A stretch of DNA of 63,325 nt, taken from NCBI GenBank assembly GCA_001938485.1, contig MQRK01221508.1, positions 88,166-151,490 of the forward strand, in the 5' to 3' direction. Positions 13,174 through 26,000 of this stretch are shown here, piece by piece. This DNA is from Girardia tigrina. Taxonomy: Eukaryota. The notes under the pieces are model-generated. The model was not told the DNA's origin. It searched no databases and worked only from the letters and a program-made list of their open reading frames with translations. The position numbers and the translations under genes are program-made. Within the stretch, counting starts at the first letter, position 1. Each line of letters begins with the position of its first letter.

Positions 13174-16100
13174 NNNNNNNNNNNNNNNNNNNNNNNNNNN
13201 NNNNNNNNNNNNNNNNNNNNNNNNNNNNNNNNNNNNNNNNNNNNNNNNNNNNNNNNNNNNNNNNNNNNNNNNNNNNNNNNNNNNNNNNNNNNNNNNNNNN
13301 NNNNNNNNNNNNNNNNNNNNNNNNNNNNNNNNNNNNNNNNNNNNNNNNNNNNNNNNNNNNNNNNNNNNNNNNNNNNNNNNNNNNNNNNNNNNNNNNNNNN
13401 NNNNNNNNNNNNNNNNNNNNNNNNNNNNNNNNNNNNNNNNNNNNNNNNNNNNNNNNNNNNNNNNNNNNNNNNNNNNNNNNNNNNNNNNNNNNNNNNNNNN
13501 NNNNNNNNNNNNNNNNNNNNNNNNNNNNNNNNNNNNNNNNNNNNNNNNNNNNNNNNNNNNNNNNNNNNNNNNNNNNNNNNNNNNNNNNNNNNNNNNNNNN
13601 NNNNNNNNNNNNNNNNNNNNNNNNNNNNNNNNNNNNNNNNNNNNNNNNNNNNNNNNNNNNNNNNNNNNNNNNNNNNNNNNNNNNNNNNNNNNNNNNNNNN
13701 NNNNNNNNNNNNNNNNNNNNNNNNNNNNNNNNNNNNNNNNNNNNNNNNNNNNNNNNNNNNNNNNNNNNNNNNNNNNNNNNNNNNNNNNNNNNNNNNNNNN
13801 NNNNNNNNNNNNNNNNNNNNNNNNNNNNNNNNNNNNNNNNNNNNNNNNNNNNNNNNNNNNNNNNNNNNNNNNNNNNNNNNNNNNNNNNNNNNNNNNNNNN
13901 NNNNNNNNNNNNNNNNNNNNNNNNNNNNNNNNNNNNNNTGTAACGATTATATTTTTGCTTATTGATACAAAGTTAACATTGATGTCTTTAACTTATTTCA
14001 TCTGAGTAAATTAAAGTGAAATTGTTTTTAGATCACTCTATATATTATTTTATGAGATGTATCTTACTTTTACTTATTTTAAGAGTACTTGTTTTTAAAT
14101 TTGAAATAAAGGTTATAATTTTGTACTAATAAAATACTTTGACTGTGAGGAATGTTTTGAATTGTTTGTTGTTTTATATTTTGCATGTTGTATGTTGATT
14201 CGGATTGTGCCTTTCCTACACAAATGGATGATTGGTATTTTCTTTGATTCCCACTAATTAAAAATAATTTATTTTTAAAGTAAAAAGATTTAAAATATTT
14301 ATCGAATGTAATCTTTAATTTTTAATGTAATTTAAAATTTTATTTTTTTAATTTTTTTTAATGTAATTTAAAAAGAAGTCATAGGGTACAATGTCAGATG
14401 AGTCAAGTGTTTAGATAACAAGGATGTTAGAGTGCTTTACAATACATCGCGACCAATCATTGTTAAGTGCGATGTTCTTTCTTCATATTTTTAGTCGGCT
14501 TTTACACAAAGCCTCTTGTAAGGGACGTGAAATGAATTCATAATATTTATTTCTTACTTTTGTTCAGAGAGAAAAAATTATCAACGTACTATATTATAGT
14601 GGTCGGCAACCTGCGGCAAGTAACTATAACACAAAAATCAATGACAGTCAATAACACATTGATCTTTGATCGACTTTGGTGTGATTTCTCTGATTCAATT
14701 TACCTAGATAGCACCGTTTTGCCCGCCCAACTCTTATCGCCTGTAATAATGCGCTTTACAAAGCTGGTGTCATTTTCACCGTTAAAACTTAATTTCTCTG
14801 AACCAGCCGCTCGTCGTTGTTCTCGAATGGAATTCAACGTCCCATGAATTCGTCACATCGAAACGTTTCTCTTTCCTAATTACCCAGTCAAAATGAGATG
14901 TGCACTTGTTAGAATATTTGAAATATTGTTTGACACATTTGAAATATTTGAATATAAATAATAATAATTTCCAAACATAATAGGAATTTAATTTAATTTC
15001 CATAACTGTCTTTGTAATGGGGTCTTCGTTTGTTGATATCGAATTTATTCTTTAACTTAGCTCTACTTCCACGTCATATTGTCCATTTTTGAAGGACTTG
15101 TGTCATTCGAAACTCCTTTTACGTGACAGAAAACATTTGGGGAAAGCCTTTTGCACCATTTTATTCTTCGTTGTTGTAGCTATTGAATTCATAATACAAA
15201 ACTCTTTCATATTTCCCCTTACAAACATTGTAGTGACCACAAAATAAACACTGATATAAGTGACTTGTTTAAACACAAATTATTTTGAAGTTATATAATT
15301 AGTAATGGAGAACAAGTACATTATTGAAAACAACTGAGCAACATACATCGCCCTATCTTTTTTCCACGACAACTGACATCAAATTAGTTTTAATACGATT
15401 CAGACAGAGAATACATTGATTGTGTAGACCCACCTTTCCGGGACTGCTTCTTTTCCTCAAGTTATACATAGAAGATAATATAAAGAATGTTTTATTCTTG
15501 ATAGATTGTTACTACATTTTTAATTTAAATTTGTTTAATACTCTGCAGCTGGTAAAACTATCCAGAATTCAGTCTCGACTTTATGAACCTCAAACCGTCT
15601 AGAATTTCAGTGCTCACTCTGAGTTTCATAACAGTATGATTTGATTTCACAAAGTCATTTTATCACAAAATCAGATAACCCCCCAAAGAAATGTTCTTTG
15701 ATTTTCAATAAAGCTTTTCCTTTTAAAGACTCGCTAAACAAAAGAATATCGATTTCTAACAAATCGATATCTTTATTCTAATTCAATAACAACAAACGCA
15801 AAAGACATCCTCCTATCCCCAAATAAGCACTAGGAAACCGTCAATTGACACATAATTTATATATTTTAAATTATATTTATTTAATGCTAAACAATTATTT
15901 TTTATTGAAATTCGACATTATTAAAAAGTCTAATTTACTAACAAAACTAATATGCATTAATCAAGTCAAGGGGATAAGACTACAAGTTTAATCCGCCATT
16001 AATAGCTGGCTATATATCCCATTAATGAGTAATATTATTACTTGTAAAGTGTTAAATACTTCATATTGTATTCAAATATGTATAATCATGTAGATAGTCA

Positions 16101-19100
16101 AAATAAATAACAAGTATTTTTTTGATTCCTTTAATTCAGCATCAGTTACAAGATCGAAATCACCAAAAAAATGTGTTCGCAACTTATTTTTGTCAATAAT
16201 GTACAATAGAGAAGCAACTGTATTCTAGGTTTACCTTTTAGCCTCAGTTGTAGAAGAATAATGTTCTTGTATTATATTCATACGAATATCCTCTGGGGTT
16301 ATATCTTTGATTAAATCATGCAAATCGTTCAGAGTATTCGACTGGCGAGACGACAACATCCATTTACGGTTGAAAATCAAAGGCTGTTTTAAAGTGTAAA
16401 CAATTTCTAAATTAAAAATGAGAATAAGTTGTTACTGAATTATTGTTTTATTTATAAACAATTTACTTTGATTAATTTGAAAGACAGCTGTAGCAATACT
16501 ATATGAACTGTATCCATACTTATTTTGAGCAATAATTCTAGCTATAAATTGTACTCCTTCTCCAAGGTCTTCCAATAAATAGCGATTGTCAACGCTGTAT
16601 CCAATAGTTTTCCAAGAGCTTGTGGAATCTAGATTCATAATAAAATGTTTTATCAACAGTTAGACTTCAAGTTATAAGAGCAGAGTACCAAACGCAACTA
16701 ATAGCATAAATACTTGAGGAGTCTTTAACAAAATTGGTAATAATTTTTTAAATATACGAATGGTTAGTACTAAGTTTCCAGATGCAGTATAATTTCAAAT
16801 TATCTATTAAGCATTACAACTTTTATAAATATTCATCCTTGCTGTCTATATAAAGTTGTATCCTTATAAATTAGTTAGTCCACACTGAATCGGGTAACCC
16901 TTTCATCAATTTTCTTTAAGCCTTGGCCGTCTTTTCTGGTCACGACGTAGAAAATCATCTGTCTAATGAGTTTTTCATTTGAACACACAAAGAAGTCGCA
17001 GGAGGAGACGTACTGACTGAAATATTGGATTAGTTCCTCGTTGTGCTATCTGGCCAGAAAACATATCACAACATACTACATTCTTCCAATCCAAGTCCTT
17101 AATTGATATCTGGAAATGGTCCAAGGCAACTACATATGCTACATTAGTCACACCTGGAAACTTATTTCTTTTCTCTCATATATACACATTTAACTATTTA
17201 TTATAAATATTACTCCCAAGTAAATTATTTTCAAAATTATATTTTTTAAAAGTAAAAAGATTATAACGGCAAAAAAAACAATAGCTAAAAAATATTTATT
17301 GGATTAATCTGGGTGGACAGGAAGCCGTGTCTCCAGAATATTTTGGAAAGAAAAGAATTATTTTTCATTGTGCATGTCGGTTGACAAGTGCTTTTCATTT
17401 TATTGAACAAAATATTCATCGGAAATCCATCTCGTTTACGCAATTCAAATGTGGCGATATCCCAACCGAGAAAATGATGACACGCATCTTTATTTGCCGG
17501 GAAAACTTCGAGTGATAGCGCACTCTTTATCGATGTTATAATGAATTCAGACATCAATTTTAAATTGGCTGAACAAATGACTTTCAGTTGTTCATCTTTA
17601 TATTGGCCTTTAACTTCTTGACCAAATTTTTCCCACATTTTTATTATTTTTGTCAATTTATTTTTTTTAAATCGCCGTAAAATTATTTATAAATTTCGAT
17701 TAACTGAACTCTTCTTTTTATTTAAATTGAATTAAGAGAACTCCCTTTTGAAAAACTTTTATTTGACATTAAAAACATTAAAATGACTTTTCAAAAAATT
17801 GATTTAAAAAATTGAAATTGTTATTATAATTCACAAAAATAACTTTTTACACACACATAACAAACAGACCAATCATTTTACATATCATACACAATACATA
17901 TCACATATTAACACACATTCATGCAGACAATTCATTCATACAACACAAGCATACTTACATGCAGAGAAAATCTGTTTATTGCAATTAAAATAAAAATAAA
18001 ATGAATGAGGCTCACAATTTGATTCAAATATCTCTTTTCGAATTTTTTGAGAACCCATGAATACATTTAAAGATTCGGGATTGGAATTTTTGAAATATGC
18101 CAAAATAAATTGTGTAACTCATTATTAAATCAGTATTTGGATCATTTTGCTAATTTAATTTTTATTTTAATATATTTTATTTAAATTATTTAATTTATTT
18201 AATTTTTTTTCTTTAATTGGTTAATTAAAAATATGATTTATTTAATTATTTTAATTTCTGAAACTGGCAAAAATGTTCGGTCAAATTGGCAATTCTCCGC
18301 TCCACTGGGTTAATATTAGGTTGGTCGAAAAATAATGGCGGTTTTTGAGCTTTATACTTTGTTTATCTACTTTGATATGTATATAAGTTTAAATGAATTA
18401 GTGTTAGATATTATTTGAAATCTTATGTCTAGCTGTATATTCCTAGAGCCATTATTAACATATTGCTGTTATTTTTTAGAATATTTACGGTGCTAAATTA
18501 ATAATGGACAAAATTAAAATTCGAGCAATTTTCTTGTACGAATTTAAACTGGGTCGTAAAGCAGCNNNNNNNNNNNNNNNNNNNNNNNNNNNNNNNNNNN
18601 NNNNNNNNNNNNNNNAGCAATTTTCTTGTACGAATTTAAACTGGGTCGTAAAGCAGCAGAAACGGCTCGCAATATCAATAAAGCGTTTGGCAAGGGAACA
18701 GTTTCTGAGCGCACAGTGCAACGATGGTTCCGAAGATTTTCCGATGGAGATGAAAACCTTGAAGATGAAGAAGGTCGTGGTCGTCCAGTTGCTGTGAACA
18801 ACGACAATTTGAGGACAATGGTGGAAACAGATCCCCGTGCAACAACCAGAGAACTTGCAGATGGGTTGGGCATTAGTCATTCAACAGTCCTGGATCATTT
18901 AAAACAACTTGGAAAAATCAAGAAACTTGATAAATGGGTTCCACATGATTTGAATGAAAGTCAAAAGAACCAACGCTATGAAATTTGTTCTGCCAATCAT
19001 CTTCGCCATAAAAACGATCCATTTCTTGATCGTATTGTTACCTGTGATGAGAAATGGATTCTGTATGATAACCGACGTCGATCTGCACAGTGATTGGACA

Positions 19101-20039
19101 AAGATGAAGTACCGAAACACTTTCCAAAACCGAAACTAACATCCCGTAAGGTTATGGTGACAGTTTGGTGGTGTGATGCTGGAATCATCCACTATAGTTT
19201 CTTTAATCCAGGTAAAACAATCACAGCGGAGAGGTACTGTCATGAAATTGATGAAATGCATAAAAAATTGAAAACCCTTTGTCCGGGATTGGTCAATCGA
19301 AAAAGTCCCATCCTTCTTCATGATAAAGCTAGACCTCATATTTCAAATGTGACTCTTCAAAAGCTTACTGAGTTTGGCTATGAAACCCTGCTTCATCCAC
19401 CATATTCACCAGACCTCTCACCAACAGACTTCTTCCTTTTCAGGCATTTGTACAACTTCTTATGTGAAAAAAATTTTTAAAAACCAAAATGATGCTCAAA
19501 ATGCCTTCCAAGAATTCGTCGTTTCGAGAACCGATGCATTTTATGCTAATGGAATAAAACAACTTGTTTCTCGTTGGCAAAAATGTATTGATGCGAACGG
19601 TTCATACTTTGATTAATAAACTTTTGTTTCTGTGAATTTACACGTCTTTGAAGTTTGTGTCCCAAAACCGCCATTATTTTTCGACCAACCTAATATAATC
19701 AGTAAACAAAAATCAAATTATTATACATATTTATACATATTATATATAAATGAAAAATCCAACATGTCTAAATACAAAAAACCGAAGATACAGAGAAAAA
19801 GCCCAAAACAGTTAGTAGTATCTATAATATTGTTAACCCTGTGATAGAGCATCATATTTGTCAAAAATCAAAATGAAAATAATTTAATATTTATCTTAGA
19901 AATTTAAAGGTATTTTTACAATATATTTTTTACAATATATTTAATTTATAATTTTACAATATATTTTACAATATATATATATATATATANNNNNNNNNNN
20001 NNNNNNNNNNNNNNNNNNNNNNNNNNNNNNNNNNNNNNN

Positions 20040-20098
<59 letters not shown>

Positions 20099-23000
20099 GT
20101 TATAACATAAATATTGCACAATAGAATAATAATAAAATTATTTAGAAAAATCCTATGAAAAAGAAGAAATAGACGAAAACATAGCTTTATGACATTATTA
20201 TCTTATTAAAATCATTTACAACTACATTACCGTAAACTGAATCCGTTAGTATTTGGTTGTTGTGAGGAATATTTTAAATTAAGTACGTTGAAATTAGTAT
20301 GTCGAGTTTAGTATTTGGGAATATGTTTCTCCCACCCAGATGGAAAATTGGTATTTTGCATGTTTGAATTGAACAGTTATTTGAGCATAGTTTGCATTTT
20401 ATAATATTTAATAAATTAATATTTGATAAAGTAAACAATTTTAAACTTGATTAAATAAACTTGATTTAAAAATAATTTATGTAAGAAATAAAATAAATTT
20501 TAAGGTAGGTTTATTAAAAGATTTATGTAAAGAATTATTATAAAGTAAAAAAGTTAATTTCAAATTGGATGAAAATATTTAAGTGAAATAAAATCAAAAG
20601 TAATATAAAGTTTAATATTTAATTTGCGAAATGAAAGTAAACTAAACTATTTTTTCTAACCTTTAAAGCGAAGTAAATTAAAAATGTAATTGTAATTTTC
20701 TTTTGGAAATTTTAATTGGAATCAAATGTAATTGTAAAACTATTAAATCGATTTAAATGAAACCGCGGTTTTTATTTTATTTTGGAAAACGTAATTATTA
20801 ATGGAAATATAATTTTATTTTTTATGTAACAAAGGGGGTAATTTAAAAGTTGTTAAACTAAACGAAATTGCGATTTTAAATTCTATTTTCAAAATATTTT
20901 TAAATCCAAAGTAATTTTTAAAACTATTATGAAAACGAAATGAAAAATGCTATTGTATAGAATTAGAAAATTTAATTGAGAAATAGTTAAATTTAAAGGT
21001 ACAATAAAATTGTAATTTAATAAAAGAAGCAACAAAATCCTTGTGACAAAATTTTAATTCACTTTATAATTTTTTATTAAAAAAAAGTAAAGAATTTTAA
21101 TTCGTAAAAATACAATAACCATATTTATATCAATTTTATTTATAATGGTCTGTGAAAAAAAAGAAAGTGCAAAAGTTCCTCGGAAATATTTGCTTAAAAA
21201 AACTAAAATTGTGGTAGAAATAAAATTTTGTGTTGATGACAACGTCTTTTGATCAAGAACCCAATAACTATTATGTATAATTATTTGTTAAACAATAGAT
21301 ACGTCATTCCCAGATATATTTTTTGTGATAATATATTTCGACTGTTTTATAGTCATCTTCAGATAACTGAATTTTAGCTTCTTTATTGATTATGTATATG
21401 AAGTCGATGAATGTGCAATCTGTTATATAAAATTAATTGAAAACTCCTAACAAATGGGTTGAGAGGGCCGTTTGAACATTAATTTTAAAGTCCCGAGACG
21501 TTATTCTCCAATAATTTTGAAAATGCTTCCATGGAATTTTGAAATCATTTATAATTACATCACATTTACAAGTTTTCCTATGTTCAGCAATATTACTGTT
21601 ACCTTGTTTTATAAAAAATTGCCATTGTTTTTTAAATGCAGTCATAATTATTTATTAGTTACATTTTTTATAATTATTTATTTGGTCTTTATTTATTTAT
21701 TTATGAATTATCGCCAAAATGACTTATAGTCGTTATAATTATAATTAGAATAAAATTTTAAATATTTAAATTGAAAAATAATCAATGGATTATTAATTAG
21801 TAATTATAAAATGTTTTTTGTCAACCTTTTATTTTTTTGTGATATTATCAGTGGTCTTTCATCATACTTATTTACTTTAACATTTATATTGCCAGAAAAT
21901 TAAACATATTCCAATTAATTATCTGATCGACTCAATTTTTCCAATATTTTTATTAGCATACATTTTATATAGGTATATATATATCCCTGGAATTTAGAAA
22001 CTTGTTTTTGAAGGCCTTTTGCTCAATCGATTTTCTTCAAACTTTGCACGCTTACTCATTCTAGATGACAATAAATGATTTTAAAACTTTAATCTAAAAG
22101 GACTTTTTAAGGTTCCGAAAGGGGAAAATCGGAAATTCGGATTTCCTGAACAATATTATTTGAAAAGATCTACTTATAAATTATAAGCAATTTATATTAA
22201 TTTTTTATTGTGTTTTTTTAAATTATTTTTTTCTAATTAAAACTTTGTTTGCAAAATAGAGTTCTGTCTACATAAAGAATGGATATAAAAATTAAATTGT
22301 TTGATTTATTAGTTAGTCTTATTTGAGCTAAAGATGAGTTTTATCACAAACTGTTATTTACACTCAAATATCTGTAGACCCTTCGAAGCATCGTAATATC
22401 ATTTGAATTCAATGGTATACCGAACCATTTAAGCTAACCCATGTCCTAGGATTATTAGACATTAAATTTTTAATGGACAATAGAAATTATGTTTTTAATT
22501 GTTGATGTATCTTTATTTTCCGCCCTTCTTGTTTAGCAATCAGTGAAACTTTTTTTTACAATTCTTTTCGTTAATAATTGTATTAATTAATATAATTATT
22601 ATTTCAGAAAATATTTTTTTATTTAATTTATAAGCATTGGATTAAAGTGAGTTGATTGATATAACAACGTCCTATTATTCAATTCACTTTTATAAATTTA
22701 TAATACTTTATTATTTATTGATGATATACAATATATTATTCCACAAAATAATATTTCAAAAACATTAAATCATGATGTATATCTAATTAAAAAGGAAATA
22801 AATATTTAATTTATATTATGTTATTAAGATGACATACCACAAACTTTGATATCAATCCGGTAAATAATATCATCAATCGCCGAAAGATTTGGTTTCCATT
22901 TCAATAAAATGCCATTCTGATTTACATGAGTTATGGTCACTTGCTCTGGTTGGGAGGGAACATCCCCAATAAGAAGTCTAGCACAAGTTTCGGTTCTCAA

Positions 23001-26000
23001 TGAATGGCACCTGGCCACACATCTATAAATACCGACATCATTTTCAGATGTGTTCGAGATAACGCATGATAAAAAACCGCCTTTTATAACTTCTAATTTT
23101 ATTTTCGAATCGTCTGTTAATAACTCTTGATTTCGGTACCATGATATACTAATGGGTTCGCTACCAAGAAGAGAAAGCTGACATGTAAGAGTTACTGAGA
23201 ATTTTTCTCCCGATGAACTAATTCTAAATGTTTGATCTTTTAATGGCACAGTGAACAGAAGTTCTAAAAAAATAATTAATAATTCTTTGAAATGGAACCT
23301 CAAACCTTTGGTAGTATTAGATACAAAATGTCTATCGATTCCTTGCAGCATTTCACTTTTTTCTGACTTTTCGTTTGCATAAATGTTTCCTGACTGGTCG
23401 CAACTTTCGTAACTATATCAAAGACAATATAATTGTAGTAAGAAGTCCAGATCTTTTAACAATTTATTTATAAAGTTATTGAAAATTAATATTTTTAATA
23501 ATTTAACATTCTTATTGTGCAGTATATAAATTTTTTGTGGAGGTGATTGTATCAAAGCTATTTAAACATATATATGATCCCATTAAATGTTAAGTTATTA
23601 AACAATCTCCTTGCATATATAATCTAAAACGATCTTAATATGCATTCAAAAACAAAATAAATAATCTATTTATCTTTTAATATCACTAGAACGCGACAAT
23701 TGAACTGAGTGTTCACGTTTTAACTTCACAATTTTAAACCTTAACAAAAGTTTCAATTTAATAATAAAGAATTAACGCGACATTTTATAATTGTCATACA
23801 AGCGCTTTGTTTCCTTTAAAATTAAGGCTAGTATTTTAATAGAAAGTATTTTAACCACATATCCATAATATTTAAAGTGTCAGTAAAATTTATATTGAGA
23901 GGATTTTTTTACAATGTATTCTGATAGTCTCCAGATTGCCCGAGAGACTTACCGTTGTTATCAAAGTTGTAAATTCGCTTCTCAAAATTTCATATAAATT
24001 TCAGATCGTCAACAAATAAAATTCCTGGAAATGATTCCGATAGTTAACAAATTCATATTTTCAGCAATTCGTTAAAATATCAAAATCGTAAATTAATTCA
24101 GATTGTTAAAATATTAAAAAATCGTCAAAATATTTAGTTCGTTATTTCAAAGCAAAATAAAATTAAAAAGTGAAATTAAACTTCATTTTTGATGCCTATC
24201 TCACTCTGATTGGTTAACCAATCAACTCGAATATTTCATAATTTGCACAATAACTCGGCACAGACGGAAATTCGGTCAATCTTAAAATTCAGACAGAGAA
24301 CTTTTTGTCAGGATTTGAATTTAATTCAAATAATAAATAATTATTATTTTTTCAAAACTTAAATTATTTAATTTAATTTCTTTTTACTTTTATTAATTTT
24401 AATTTACTTATATTTTTAATTGTTTCATATTATTATTTAAAAGTATCATTAGGATACCCTTAACCCATGTAAATATAAATTATTTACTGTCTTACTTAAT
24501 TCCATCTCTTGAAGCTGAGGATGCTCGTGATGATACTTGACTAATTGGGGGACTAACTGAATCTTCTAGATTGGTCAAAGAATTATTGAATGTAACTTTT
24601 GGTCGAGAATTTATGAGAAACGTTTCAATAGCATCTTTCATCTCTGTTGGAAAATTTGGAACCTGTAAATGACATATGAAATTAATGTTATAAATTACAA
24701 AAAGTTTGGAACCATTTCTTCGGGATATGTCATTAAATTCACAGTTTGATCAACAATGTCATCGAGGGCTGCATCAAGAAAGTGTCCTCTGCTTGTAAAC
24801 CATTCGTGATTGACCCCATCAAATGATTTCAGTCGTCGTCTGAAAACGATTAATTTTTAATAATTAGAGCATCAACTAGAATTAGTTGTTCAGTTGTTTG
24901 ATTTATATTGTTCTTTAAAATTCAATACAAAAAAATTTAATAAAATTTACAAAAACTGTTGATTCATAAACATCTATTGTAATTAAAAATTAATTTTTTT
25001 AAATGATTTGTTCTTAAAATAAGTGATTAATTTCGACTGATTATCCTTCAACATCAGACAAAACAAATAATCCATAATACCAATTATATAAATGAAAGCA
25101 GAACTTATGTGTTCCTTTTTTTAATTCTCACTGATTAAAGACGCATGCATTAGAAATGAGACAAAAAGAATCAATTGTTGCTATCAAATCTATTGGAATA
25201 TGCTGTTTTAAAGTAATGAAGACATATTATATTATTTGTGATAAACATATAAATAATTAAACATCTGGCGACTAAACGTTACGTACCGCTAAAAAAATAT
25301 ATATTTCATATCATGAATTTTGAAATAATAAATGGTTATTTGAAGAATGTTTATTTATTTTTCACAATGATAAATCAAGTAAATGATGCTTATATGATGC
25401 TTAAATGATATATATATAAAGAAAATAAAGAACAAACCCAATTTTAGAAGTTTTGTATTTGCCAAACATGTTTCGCCAATGCAGCATCATCAGTTGTGAA
25501 ATAAATTTCAAATTACAAGTCATTTATAGGGCATATTGACTATTACGTAATATATCTTTCTTTTGTAATATTAAAAGATTTTAATATGATTGGATAATTC
25601 ACTTTGAACATTTAAGCATGGTTTTAATAATGCCTCAGCGACTATCCTCTCATGTTATGTGTCAAAATGTTTCTTCAAAACTGTATAATTTTGACACATA
25701 TCATGACAGGATAGTCACTGAGGCATTATTACGGTACCAAAAAAAATTTAAAATTTACTTCAGAACTGATGATGCCGTATTGGCAAATTTGTTTGTTTGG
25801 CAAAATACAAAACTTCTAAAATTGCGTTTGTTCTTTATTTTCTTTATAAATAAATTGCAATTGAATCTATATGTTATGTATATATAACTAATAAATATAC
25901 CCGGTTTCCATTACTAAACATTTTTTAACAAAATCGCTCGCAAAGTTACTGATATTTTCAGATCCATTTTCAGTTGATAATTTTTCCCCTTCAAAATCCA

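Noticed and set aside
13070-14005. Long ORFs at 11487-11847, 13070-14005 and 35942-37104
   Set aside because: Artefacts of translating N gaps.
18524-18656. Duplicated start of the mariner ORF on both sides of a 50-N gap
   Set aside because: Most likely a scaffolding overlap artefact; the TA-repeat duplication around the gap at 9491-9540 looks similar.
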